Assembly (NCBI GenBank): GCA_035569675.1
Contig: DATMMN010000145.1
Location: 361-64,360 of the forward strand
Reading direction: 5' to 3'
Source: Acidimicrobiales bacterium
GTDB taxonomy: Bacteria; Actinomycetota; Acidimicrobiia; Acidimicrobiales; RAAP-2
DNA length: 64,000 bases
Part shown: positions 55,329 to 63,113 of the stretch, piece by piece
Layout of the letters: the number at the start of each line of letters is the position of its first letter
How positions within the stretch are numbered: the first letter of the stretch is position 1
Notes under the pieces: generated by a model
What the model saw: the letters and a program-made list of their open reading frames with translations, nothing else
Databases searched by the model: none
Told to the model about the DNA's origin: nothing
Made by a program: the position numbers and the translations under genes

Positions 55329-56450
55329 ATGATAATCGGCGTCCCGACAGAGGTGAAGGAAGACGAGTACCGCGTGGCCGTCACGCCAGCCGGGGTGCGG
55401 GAGCTGACCACGGCCGGCCACACCGTGCTGGTCCAGAAGGGCGCCGGCGACGGGTCCTCCATGCTGGACAGCGAGTTCGTCCGGACCGGCGCCACGATCG
55501 TGGCAGACGCCGACGAGCTGTGGGCCTCCGCCGACCTCGTCTGCAAGGTCAAGGAGCCGCTCCCCGAGGAGTACCACCGCCTCGGACTGCGCCCCGACCA
55601 GACGCTCTTCACGTATCTCCACCTGGCGGCATCGCAGGAGTGCACAGCCGCCCTGCTCGTTGCGGGCAATGTCGCCATCGCCTACGAGACCGTCCGTCTG
55701 CCCGACAACTCGCTTCCGCTGCTTGCGCCGATGAGCGAAGTCGCCGGGCGCATGGCCCCGTTAATGGGTGCCCACCATTTGATGCGCCCGGGCGGGGGGA
55801 GAGGCGTACTGGTCACCGGCGTGCCGGGCGTCCGCTGTGCACGGGTGGTCATCCTCGGCGCCGGGGTCGCCGGTTTTGCCGCCGCGACCATCGCGGTCGG
55901 AATGCACTCGGAGGTCTTCATCCTCGACAAGAACCTCGACAAGTTGCGCGAGGTGGATCATCACTTCCGCGGCGACCTCGAGACCATCGCCTCGTCCGAG
56001 CACGCGATCGAAGAGGTCTGCCTCGACGCCGACATCGTCATCGGAGCCGTCCTCGTCGTCGGCGCCCGGGCACCCCGTCTCGTCTCCGACAAGCTGGTCG
56101 CCCAGATGCGGCCCGGCTCGGTGTTCGTCGACATCGCGGTCGACCAGGGCGGGTGCTTCGAATCGACGCACCCGACGACCCACTCGAACCCTGTCTTCGA
56201 GTCCCACGGCTCGATCTTTTATTGCGTCTCCAACATGCCGGGCGCCGTCCCGCACACGTCGACCCATGCCTTGGCCAACGCCACCCTCCCGTACACGATG
56301 GCGATCGCCGAGCAGGGCTGGCAGCGGGCCGTCCGGTCGGACCACGCGCTCGGCGAAGGCGTCAACGTCGCCAACGGCCGGGTCGTCTACAAGCCCGTCG
56401 CCGATGCGCTCGGCCTGGAGTTCACGCCGCTGGCGTCGCTCCTCGACTGA
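55329..56450 (+). CDS. ald: alanine dehydrogenase
   Basis: MIIGVPTEVKEDEYRVA N-terminus, NAD fold VVILGAGVAG. Starts 2 nt after the ALDH stop. Confidence 0.9.
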   Translation: MIIGVPTEVKEDEYRVAVTPAGVRELTTAGHTVLVQKGAGDGSSMLDSEFVRTGATIVADADELWASADLVCKVKEPLPEEYHRLGLRPDQTLFTYLHLAASQECTAALLVAGNVAIAYETVRLPDNSLPLLAPMSEVAGRMAPLMGAHHLMRPGGGRGVLVTGVPGVRCARVVILGAGVAGFAAATIAVGMHSEVFILDKNLDKLREVDHHFRGDLETIASSEHAIEEVCLDADIVIGAVLVVGARAPRLVSDKLVAQMRPGSVFVDIAVDQGGCFESTHPTTHSNPVFESHGSIFYCVSNMPGAVPHTSTHALANATLPYTMAIAEQGWQRAVRSDHALGEGVNVANGRVVYKPVADALGLEFTPLASLLD

Positions 56451-56509
56451 GCGACACATCCCCGGCAGGGCGAACGTTGGCCTTTCCGCCCGGGCGTGAG
56501 CCGACCTCG

Positions 56510-56775
56510 GTCCCGACCACAGAGAAGAGGGTCACCACCACCACGCCTGGAATACCCGCCGAGGTTGTGCGTCATGGCCAGCCTCAGGTTGCCGTAGGGA
56601 TCTGATGTTCTTTCCGCACCTCGCCCTGAAGCTGCGGGCAGCACTCGAAGATCCTGCGTCACCCCCAGCCGCCCGGTCGGTGGCCGAAGCTCTTCAGCTT
56701 GCCGTCGGGATTTAGCGCAGGTAGATCCGACGGGACGCGAGATCCGACTTCGGCCTGTCTGAGGGGGCAAACTGT
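56510..56775 (-). pseudogene. relic of the 3' end of an SCPx/lipid-transfer-type thiolase gene
   Basis: Minus-strand translation gives LPALNPDGKLKSFGHRPGGWG*RRIFECCPQLQGEVRKEHQIP. After frameshifts it gives LAMTHNLGG and VVVVTLFS. Compare thiolase C-terminal blocks NPSGGLxSKGHPxGATG, CWQLRGEAG, xQHNxGxGG, VVVTL. There are two in-frame TGA stops and at least two frameshifts. The 5' part is missing. Confidence 0.55.
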
Positions 56776-56780
56776 CGACG

Positions 56781-58247
56781 ATGGTTCCCGAGGATCAGCG
56801 TCCGTCGACACCCGATCGCGGCCTCACCGAACGCGTCGCGGATGCCGACCGCGATCGCACCGTAACCCTGTTGCGAGAGCACGTCGTCGAGGGGCGGTTG
56901 ACCCTCGACGAGTTCTCGGAGCGCATGGGCGCTGCCCTCGAGGCCAAGACGCGCGGCGAGCTCGTCGCCGTCATGGCCGACCTGCCGACGACCGGCAGTG
57001 TCCCGACCGCCTCACCGACCACGGCGACGCCCCGCAAGACCAGCCGCTGGCACATCGCCGTCATGAGCGGCCATTCGACAGGCGGCCGGTGGCGCATCGG
57101 CGCTAAGACCAAGGCGGTCGCCGTCATGGGTGGCTGCGACATGGACCTGCGCAGAGCGGAGATCGAAGGCCCCGAGGTCGAGATCACCGCCTTTGCATTT
57201 TGGGGAGGCATCGAAATCATCGTCCCCGAGGGCTTCGACGTGGAGCTCCGTGGCTTCTCCTTCATGGGTGGCCGGAGCCTCCGCCTCCGCGACGTGCCCA
57301 TCGTCCCGGGCTCGCCAAGGATCATCGTCAGGGGTTTCGCCGTCATGGGCGGTATCGAGGTGAAGAGCCGACCCAATCGATCGGCGAAGCAAGTCGGAGG
57401 TTCGACGTCGAGCATGGTCCAAGATGCGCTCGACGCAGCCGCGGCGTACACACAGGATGCGCTCAATGCCGCGGCCGACGCGACTCCCGAAGGCCCCGTC
57501 GACCTTGCCGCGCTCGGGCGCCAGATCCGCCGCGAGCTGCACGCGCAGCGTCACGCGTACAAGCATGTCGATCGCCGGCAGCGCCGGGGCGACTCCGCCG
57601 CTGCCGCGGGACCTCCGGCGCCACCAGCCCCTCCGGCCCCACCTTTTTCGTCCTCGACCTCTACACCCTCTTCCACTCCGACCCCTTCGTCGAAGCCTGC
57701 GACGTTCGAGGCGTCGGACGACCAGGCAGCACTGCCGAATGTTGGGACTGTGACGATCTTGTTCTGCGACATGGTCGACTACGCGGGGATGACCGAGCGC
57801 TTAGGTGACAATGCTTCACGCCGCGTCCTCCACGAGCATCACCGCATCGTGCGCGACGCAGTGGCGCGAAACGGCGGGCGAGAGATCAAGGTCCAGGGTG
57901 ACGGCTTCATGGTCGCCTTCGGTGGCGTGGCGCCGGCGATGCGATGCGCCATCGACACCCAACGCGCCTGTCGCGACCACGTCACGACGGAGGGGGAGAA
58001 GATCGCCGTCCACATCGGCATCCACACGGGCGACGCTGTCGTTGAGGACGACGACTATCTGGGGCACACGGTCATCGTCGCGAGCCGGCTTGCCGACGCC
58101 GCCTCTCCGGGCGAGATCCTGGTTTCTTCGCTCTCGGAACAACTCGTTCAAGGTTCCGGCGAATTCAGCTTCGACGGCCACCGCGAAACCCCATTGAAGG
58201 GGATGGCCCGGGCACAGCTTTCGGCGACGCTGAACTGGGCTGATTGA
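56781..58247 (+). CDS. soluble DUF1707 + LiaF-C/toastrack-like + class III nucleotide cyclase fusion protein
   Basis: N-terminus DRDRTVTLLREHVVEGRLTLDEFSERM (DUF1707). Beta-rich repeat region MGGCDMDLRRAEI...FWGGIEIIVPEGF...MGGIEV. Pro/Ala/Ser linker. Cyclase domain FCDMVDY...IKVQGDGFMVAF...GHTVIVASRL. No TM helix seen. Confidence 0.8.
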   Translation: MVPEDQRPSTPDRGLTERVADADRDRTVTLLREHVVEGRLTLDEFSERMGAALEAKTRGELVAVMADLPTTGSVPTASPTTATPRKTSRWHIAVMSGHSTGGRWRIGAKTKAVAVMGGCDMDLRRAEIEGPEVEITAFAFWGGIEIIVPEGFDVELRGFSFMGGRSLRLRDVPIVPGSPRIIVRGFAVMGGIEVKSRPNRSAKQVGGSTSSMVQDALDAAAAYTQDALNAAADATPEGPVDLAALGRQIRRELHAQRHAYKHVDRRQRRGDSAAAAGPPAPPAPPAPPFSSSTSTPSSTPTPSSKPATFEASDDQAALPNVGTVTILFCDMVDYAGMTERLGDNASRRVLHEHHRIVRDAVARNGGREIKVQGDGFMVAFGGVAPAMRCAIDTQRACRDHVTTEGEKIAVHIGIHTGDAVVEDDDYLGHTVIVASRLADAASPGEILVSSLSEQLVQGSGEFSFDGHRETPLKGMARAQLSATLNWAD

Positions 58248-58251
58248 GAGA

Positions 58252-59397
58252 GTGAGTGACCTCGAGCTCTGGCGTCAGGCGGGCCTCTACGACCCGGACG
58301 ATCCCAGCGCAGACGAACGACTCGCCCTTCTTCGATACCTGAGCGACCGTGGGGCCTCGATCGACCAGATGGTCGAAGCCCACGCGCAAGGAAACCTTCC
58401 AGCTGTCGCCAGCGACCTCGTGGTCCGGAAGAACAAGGTGGTCCGGGCATCCGAGGTGGCTGCCCAAAGCGGTATCGCCCTCGATCGAGTGTTGCGCGTG
58501 CTTCTGGCCGCAGGCATCCCGGCCGAGCCTGACACCGAGGTTCCCGCGAAGGCCATCGACCTTATGGCGGCGTTCGAGCAGGGATCGGCGCTTATGGGCG
58601 ACGAGGCCATCCTGGCGTTCACGCGGCTTCTCGGAGCAGCAGCCATCCAGATCGCCGAGGCTGCGGTCGCGCTGTTCTATTCGGAGCTCGGTCCGGGGAC
58701 CGAGCGCGAAGGGCGGGACGAGCTCACCCGCGCGCAGCTCGCAGAGACCGCGACGATGGCCTTCACCTCAGTGCCGAGCGTTCTGGCGCAGATGGTCTTC
58801 GACCAGTTCGAGCGGGCGCTACGGAGAGCCGTTGCCGTACGTGGCTGGGGACAGGAGAACGCAACGAGTCCTACTGGAGTTGTCGACGCACGGTTCTCTG
58901 GGGCGAACGCGGAGCTTGTCGCGCTTGGTTTCGTCGATCTCGTCGGCTCTACGGCCTGGGCCCAAGGATTGAGCTTGCGGGACCAAAGCCTTGCGCTTGC
59001 CCGCTTCGAGTCGGCCGCCTGGTCGTCAGCCGTGCTCAGCGGAGGCCGCGTCGTCAAGATGATCGGCGACGAGGTCTTCTTTGCCGCGCCCACAGCCGAA
59101 GTCGCCTGCCGGATCGGTATCGATATCATCCGTGCAGCCGCCGAGGACGAGGTCCTGCCGACGGCCCGCGGAGTGGTCGGCGTCGGCTATGCCACTCCCC
59201 GGGAAGGTGACTATTTCGGCCCACTCGTCAACGTCTTGTCTCGCATGGTGAAAGTCGGTCAGCCGGGTGAGCTTGTCGTGACCGATGCAGCAGCGGCTCA
59301 GCTCTCGACGAACGACTGGAAGCTCCGTTCGCTTGGGCTAAGAGAACTGCGCGGCGTTCCTCGGCCTGTCAAAGCCTTCGTCGTGGAACCAGTCTGA
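58252..59397 (+). CDS. class III adenylyl cyclase with N-terminal regulatory helical domain (Rv1264-like architecture)
   Basis: Cyclase motifs FVDLVGST, VKMIGDEVFF, GPLVNVLSRM. About 190-aa N-terminal domain resembling the pH-sensing regulatory domain type. GTG start 4 nt after the upstream stop. Confidence 0.75.
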   Translation: MSDLELWRQAGLYDPDDPSADERLALLRYLSDRGASIDQMVEAHAQGNLPAVASDLVVRKNKVVRASEVAAQSGIALDRVLRVLLAAGIPAEPDTEVPAKAIDLMAAFEQGSALMGDEAILAFTRLLGAAAIQIAEAAVALFYSELGPGTEREGRDELTRAQLAETATMAFTSVPSVLAQMVFDQFERALRRAVAVRGWGQENATSPTGVVDARFSGANAELVALGFVDLVGSTAWAQGLSLRDQSLALARFESAAWSSAVLSGGRVVKMIGDEVFFAAPTAEVACRIGIDIIRAAAEDEVLPTARGVVGVGYATPREGDYFGPLVNVLSRMVKVGQPGELVVTDAAAAQLSTNDWKLRSLGLRELRGVPRPVKAFVVEPV

Positions 59398-59620
59398 TCC
59401 TGCGCGCTTTATCAGGTGCAGCCCTTAGGTCCTCGCTAGCTCCTGACGCTTCGAGAGGACCGTCTCGAGTCCTGCTTGGCCATCTCCAGATCTGGACGTG
59501 GGTGCGGGCCCTCGTGGCAGCGCAGACGTCACCAGAGGATCTTGGCCAGCCGGCGTGAGTTGCACCCCGGGGCGCCTGGCCTCTGGGGTAACGCCATGCC
59601 CTGCCCTATGATGTTGCCGC

Positions 59621-59643
59621 AAATCTGACGACCCGTCAGATTT
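59621..59643. promoter_or_regulatory. candidate operator: perfect 10-bp inverted repeat
   Basis: AAATCTGACG-ACC-CGTCAGATTT, 8 nt downstream of a -10-like TATGAT (59607-59612) and 28 nt upstream of the ACAD GTG start. Confidence 0.5.
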
Positions 59644-59671
59644 GGAACAGCCCGAAGCCTGGAGGCAGGGA

Positions 59672-60853
59672 GTGGACTTCGAATTCGCACCGGAGCAGCT
59701 GGCCTTCGTGAAGGAGGTCGAGTCCTTCCTCGACGCCAACGACGACCCCGACGTCTTCGACCCGACCCGGGAGAACATGGCGCAAATCGTCGACACCCCC
59801 AAGCGGCGGGACTTCATGGCATCCCTGGGTAAGAAGGGGTGGCTGGGCATGACCTGGCCCAAGGACTACGGAGGCTACGAGGGAGAGGGCGTCTACGAAT
59901 ACCTCCTAAACGAGCAGTTGGCGGGTCGTGGCGGCCCCCAGATCGGCAAGGGCGTCGGCATCGTCGGAAAGACGATCATTCGTCACGGTAACGAGACGCT
60001 GAAGGAGGAGTTCCTCCCCAAGATTCTGCGCAACGAGGTCGAGTTCGCCGTCGGCTACTCCGAGCCCAACGCTGGCAGCGACGCCGCCTCCATGCAGCTG
60101 AAGGCCACCAAGGTCGAGGGCGGCTGGAAGCTCAACGGTCAGAAGACCTGGACGACCTCGGCGCACTTCGCCGAGTGGTACTGGATGGGGGCCCGAACCG
60201 ACCCCGAGGCTCCCAAGCACGCCGGCATCACGCTGTTCCTGGTGCCTCTTGACCAGCCGAGCATCACCATCAATGCCATCTGGACCATGGGTGACGAACG
60301 CACGAACGAGGTCTTCCTCAATGACGTCTTCGTTCCGGACGAGTACGTGGTCGGGGAGGTCAACCACGGCTTCCAGTACATCTCGGAGGCGCTCGACCTC
60401 GAACGTTTCACGATGTTCACGATCTCGCCGATTCAGCAACGCTTCGAGTTGCTCGTGGAATACGTGAAGACGACGAAGCGTGACGGGCGGCCGTTGAAGG
60501 ACGACCCGGTGGTACGCCAGCGGTTGGCACAACTGGCGACACAGCTCGAGGTGGCACGGACGATTGGGCTGCGCTTCGTGTTCGAGTCGGCCAAGGGTGG
60601 AGCCGCGCCTACGGCGTGGGCGTCGGAGTACAAGCTCTTCGCGACGGAACTCTCCAAGCGGTTGGCGAACGCGTCGATGGACATCGCTGGTCCCGGCTCG
60701 CAGCTGCGGGTGAAGACGGCGGAGGCACCTATGGCCGGTCGGGCCGAGTCGACCTACCGCTACACTGTGATCGACACCATCGGCGGGGGTGCCTCGGAGA
60801 TCCAGAAGAACATCATCGCCCGGCGCAAGCTCGGGCTCCCCAAGAACTTCTGA
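59672..60853 (+). CDS. acyl-CoA dehydrogenase
   Basis: GYSEPNAGSD, and catalytic Glu region GGGASEIQKNII. GTG 59672 with RBS GGAGG 6 nt upstream. Confidence 0.9.
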   Translation: MDFEFAPEQLAFVKEVESFLDANDDPDVFDPTRENMAQIVDTPKRRDFMASLGKKGWLGMTWPKDYGGYEGEGVYEYLLNEQLAGRGGPQIGKGVGIVGKTIIRHGNETLKEEFLPKILRNEVEFAVGYSEPNAGSDAASMQLKATKVEGGWKLNGQKTWTTSAHFAEWYWMGARTDPEAPKHAGITLFLVPLDQPSITINAIWTMGDERTNEVFLNDVFVPDEYVVGEVNHGFQYISEALDLERFTMFTISPIQQRFELLVEYVKTTKRDGRPLKDDPVVRQRLAQLATQLEVARTIGLRFVFESAKGGAAPTAWASEYKLFATELSKRLANASMDIAGPGSQLRVKTAEAPMAGRAESTYRYTVIDTIGGGASEIQKNIIARRKLGLPKNF

Positions 60854-60856
60854 CCC

Positions 60857-62035
60857 GTGGCCGACGCTGCTGCAGCCGGACCCCTGACCGGGGTCACCGT
60901 GCTCGACCTGTCGACGGTCGGCCCCGCGGCGCGTTGTACCCACCTCTTGGCCGGTTACGGCGCCAGCGTGGTGAAGGTGGGACCGGTTCCCGCCGCGGGC
61001 GCGGAGCCGATCGTGCCGCCCTTCTTCTCCTATAGCGGGCACCGCGGCATGCGACGGGCGCTCTTTGACCTGAAGGATGTGCAAGGCAAGGAGGCGTTCC
61101 TCGCTTTGGCCACAGTGTCCGACGTCCTCGTCGAGAGCTTCCGGCCTGGGGTGATGGACCGGCTTGGCCTGGGCTACGAGTCCGTGTCGGCACGGAATCC
61201 CGGCGTCGTCTATTGCTCGACGAGCGGCTACGGCCAGGACGGCCCGCACGCCCAATGGGCCGGGCACGACCTCGACTACCTGGCGGTTGGCGGGTACCTG
61301 GCCATGAGCGGACCGGGGGAGGGGGGCGCTCCTCCGATCCCTGGCGCAACGATCGCGGACGCCGCAGCCGGAGGGCTGCACGCCGCGCTGGCGATCACTG
61401 CTGCGCTGGCCGGGCGTGGGTCGAGCGGACGGGGTGCGTACCTCGACGTGTCCGTCGCCGATGGTGTGTTGTGGCTGATGTCGCTCGCCATCGACGAGCA
61501 GCTCGCGCTCGGCGGTGACGTCCGACCCGGCCACGACGTGCTGTCGGGCCGCTACGCCTGCTACGCGGTGTATGGGACCCAGGACGACAAGTGGCTGGCG
61601 GTGGGTGCGATCGAGGCCAAGTTCTTCGCCAACCTCTGCAACGCCCTCGGGTGTAGCGAGCTCGCAGCACTGCAGTACGACGACGAGGCGCAGCCACGTC
61701 TGCGGGCCGCGTTGGCCGACACTTTCGCTGGCCGCACGCTCGACGAGTGGGTGGCGGCGCTGTCCGGCGGCGACACCTGTGTGGCGCCAGTGCTCGAGGT
61801 CGGCGAGGTGGTAACCGACCCCCAGTTCTCGGCCCGGCAGGTGGTCGGGGTCGCCTCTCATCCTGAGCACGGCGAGCTTCGCCAACTCGCGCCCTTGCTG
61901 GCGGGCATGCCGCGACACGAAGGGGTCGTAGAGCTGCCGGATCCGGGGCAGAGCGACACGGAGCACCTCTTGAAGGAGGCGGGCGTGGACGGCGAGACGG
62001 TCGCGCGCTGGGTCGCCCACGGAGTAGTGGCGTGA
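60857..62035 (+). CDS. CoA-transferase family III (CaiB/BaiF / alpha-methylacyl-CoA racemase-like)
   Basis: LTGVTVLDLSTVGPAARCTHLLAGYGASVVKV, SGYGQDGP. Confidence 0.85.
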   Translation: MADAAAAGPLTGVTVLDLSTVGPAARCTHLLAGYGASVVKVGPVPAAGAEPIVPPFFSYSGHRGMRRALFDLKDVQGKEAFLALATVSDVLVESFRPGVMDRLGLGYESVSARNPGVVYCSTSGYGQDGPHAQWAGHDLDYLAVGGYLAMSGPGEGGAPPIPGATIADAAAGGLHAALAITAALAGRGSSGRGAYLDVSVADGVLWLMSLAIDEQLALGGDVRPGHDVLSGRYACYAVYGTQDDKWLAVGAIEAKFFANLCNALGCSELAALQYDDEAQPRLRAALADTFAGRTLDEWVAALSGGDTCVAPVLEVGEVVTDPQFSARQVVGVASHPEHGELRQLAPLLAGMPRHEGVVELPDPGQSDTEHLLKEAGVDGETVARWVAHGVVA

Positions 62036-62568
62036 CGGCGGCCGACGCGCCGGCCGAGGTGCGCGATCTCATCGGGGTCGAGCAGTACCACGAGACGGGG
62101 GAGTTCCCGGTCGAGCGGGGCTACATCTGGACCTCGTGCGCCTCAGTCGAGAACGGGAACCCTTTGTTCTGGGACGACTCGACCGCAGAGGCGATCACCG
62201 GCGGCCCGGTCGCCCCACCGTCCATGGTCTCGGTCTGGTTCCGCCCGCACCACTGGGCGCCGGGACGGGCGGAGCAGGCGCTGCCGCTGCAAGTGCACTT
62301 CGATTTGAAGGAGCATCTCGGACTGCCCGAGGCCGTGATGACCGACAACACCATTGAGTTCCACACGCCGGTACGAGTGGGGGACGTGCTGCGGACGCAC
62401 CAGGTGCTGCGGTCCGTGTCGGATGAGAAGACGACGAAACTGGGGACGGGGCGGTTCTGGGTGATCGACGTCGTCTATACGAACCAGGACGGGGAGCTGG
62501 TCGCGAAGGAGTCGTATACGGGGTTCGGCTACCGGCGGGAAGTGGCACCGGGGCAGGCGGCGTCGTGA
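62032..62568 (+). CDS. hot-dog fold protein (MaoC N-terminal / FAS1-like dehydratase domain)
   Basis: 178 aa. GTGA overlaps on both sides. Paired with a MaoC-like gene, as in heteromeric enoyl-CoA hydratases. Confidence 0.65.
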   Translation: MTAADAPAEVRDLIGVEQYHETGEFPVERGYIWTSCASVENGNPLFWDDSTAEAITGGPVAPPSMVSVWFRPHHWAPGRAEQALPLQVHFDLKEHLGLPEAVMTDNTIEFHTPVRVGDVLRTHQVLRSVSDEKTTKLGTGRFWVIDVVYTNQDGELVAKESYTGFGYRREVAPGQAAS

Positions 62569-63068
62569 CGCTGGCGGTGGAACCCCAACGCTTGTTTGGG
62601 GACGTGTCGGTGGGGGCTGCCCTAGAGCCCCTCAATTACACAGTCTCGGCGACGACGGTCGTCCTGGGGGCTCTGGCCACCCGGGACTGGCGGCCCATGC
62701 ATCATGACAAGGACTTTGCCGTCAATCGCAACGGGACGCGGGACATCTTCTTGAACACCCCGAACCAGGCGGCCTGGTTCGAGCGCTTCCTGACGGATTG
62801 GACGGGTCCTTACGGGCGTCTGGGGTGGGTTCGGTTCCGGATGAAGGGGTCGGTCTTCCCCGGGGACACGATGACGCTGTCGGGCGTGGTCTCGGGGGTG
62901 GAGGTGGATCCGGTCGGTTGCGGGTTCGTGACGATCGACGTGTCGTTGTCGGTGGACGACGACGTGAAGACGACGTGCACGGCGCGTGTCGCGTTGCCGG
63001 TTGACGCGTCGGACAACCCGTGGGCCCGCCGGGGCGACCAATGGCGCCCAGCGCCGCCCGCGTCATGA
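62565..63068 (+). CDS. MaoC-like (R)-specific enoyl-CoA hydratase hot-dog subunit
   Basis: ...RDWRPMHHDKDFA... hydratase-type motif. 167 aa. Confidence 0.7.
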   Translation: MTLAVEPQRLFGDVSVGAALEPLNYTVSATTVVLGALATRDWRPMHHDKDFAVNRNGTRDIFLNTPNQAAWFERFLTDWTGPYGRLGWVRFRMKGSVFPGDTMTLSGVVSGVEVDPVGCGFVTIDVSLSVDDDVKTTCTARVALPVDASDNPWARRGDQWRPAPPAS

Positions 63069-63113
63069 CGCGTTGTGGCTTTGTCGTACCCGTGAACATG
63101 AAGGGATTGCTCG

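Noticed and set aside
56781-59397. Cyclase pair as a Pycsar/CBASS-like anti-phage signalling system.
   Set aside because: No effector gene (CNB-, TIR-, TM- or nuclease-type) is adjacent. The domains are ordinary sensory class III cyclase architectures, and the flanks are metabolic genes. No mobile or defence-island context is present.
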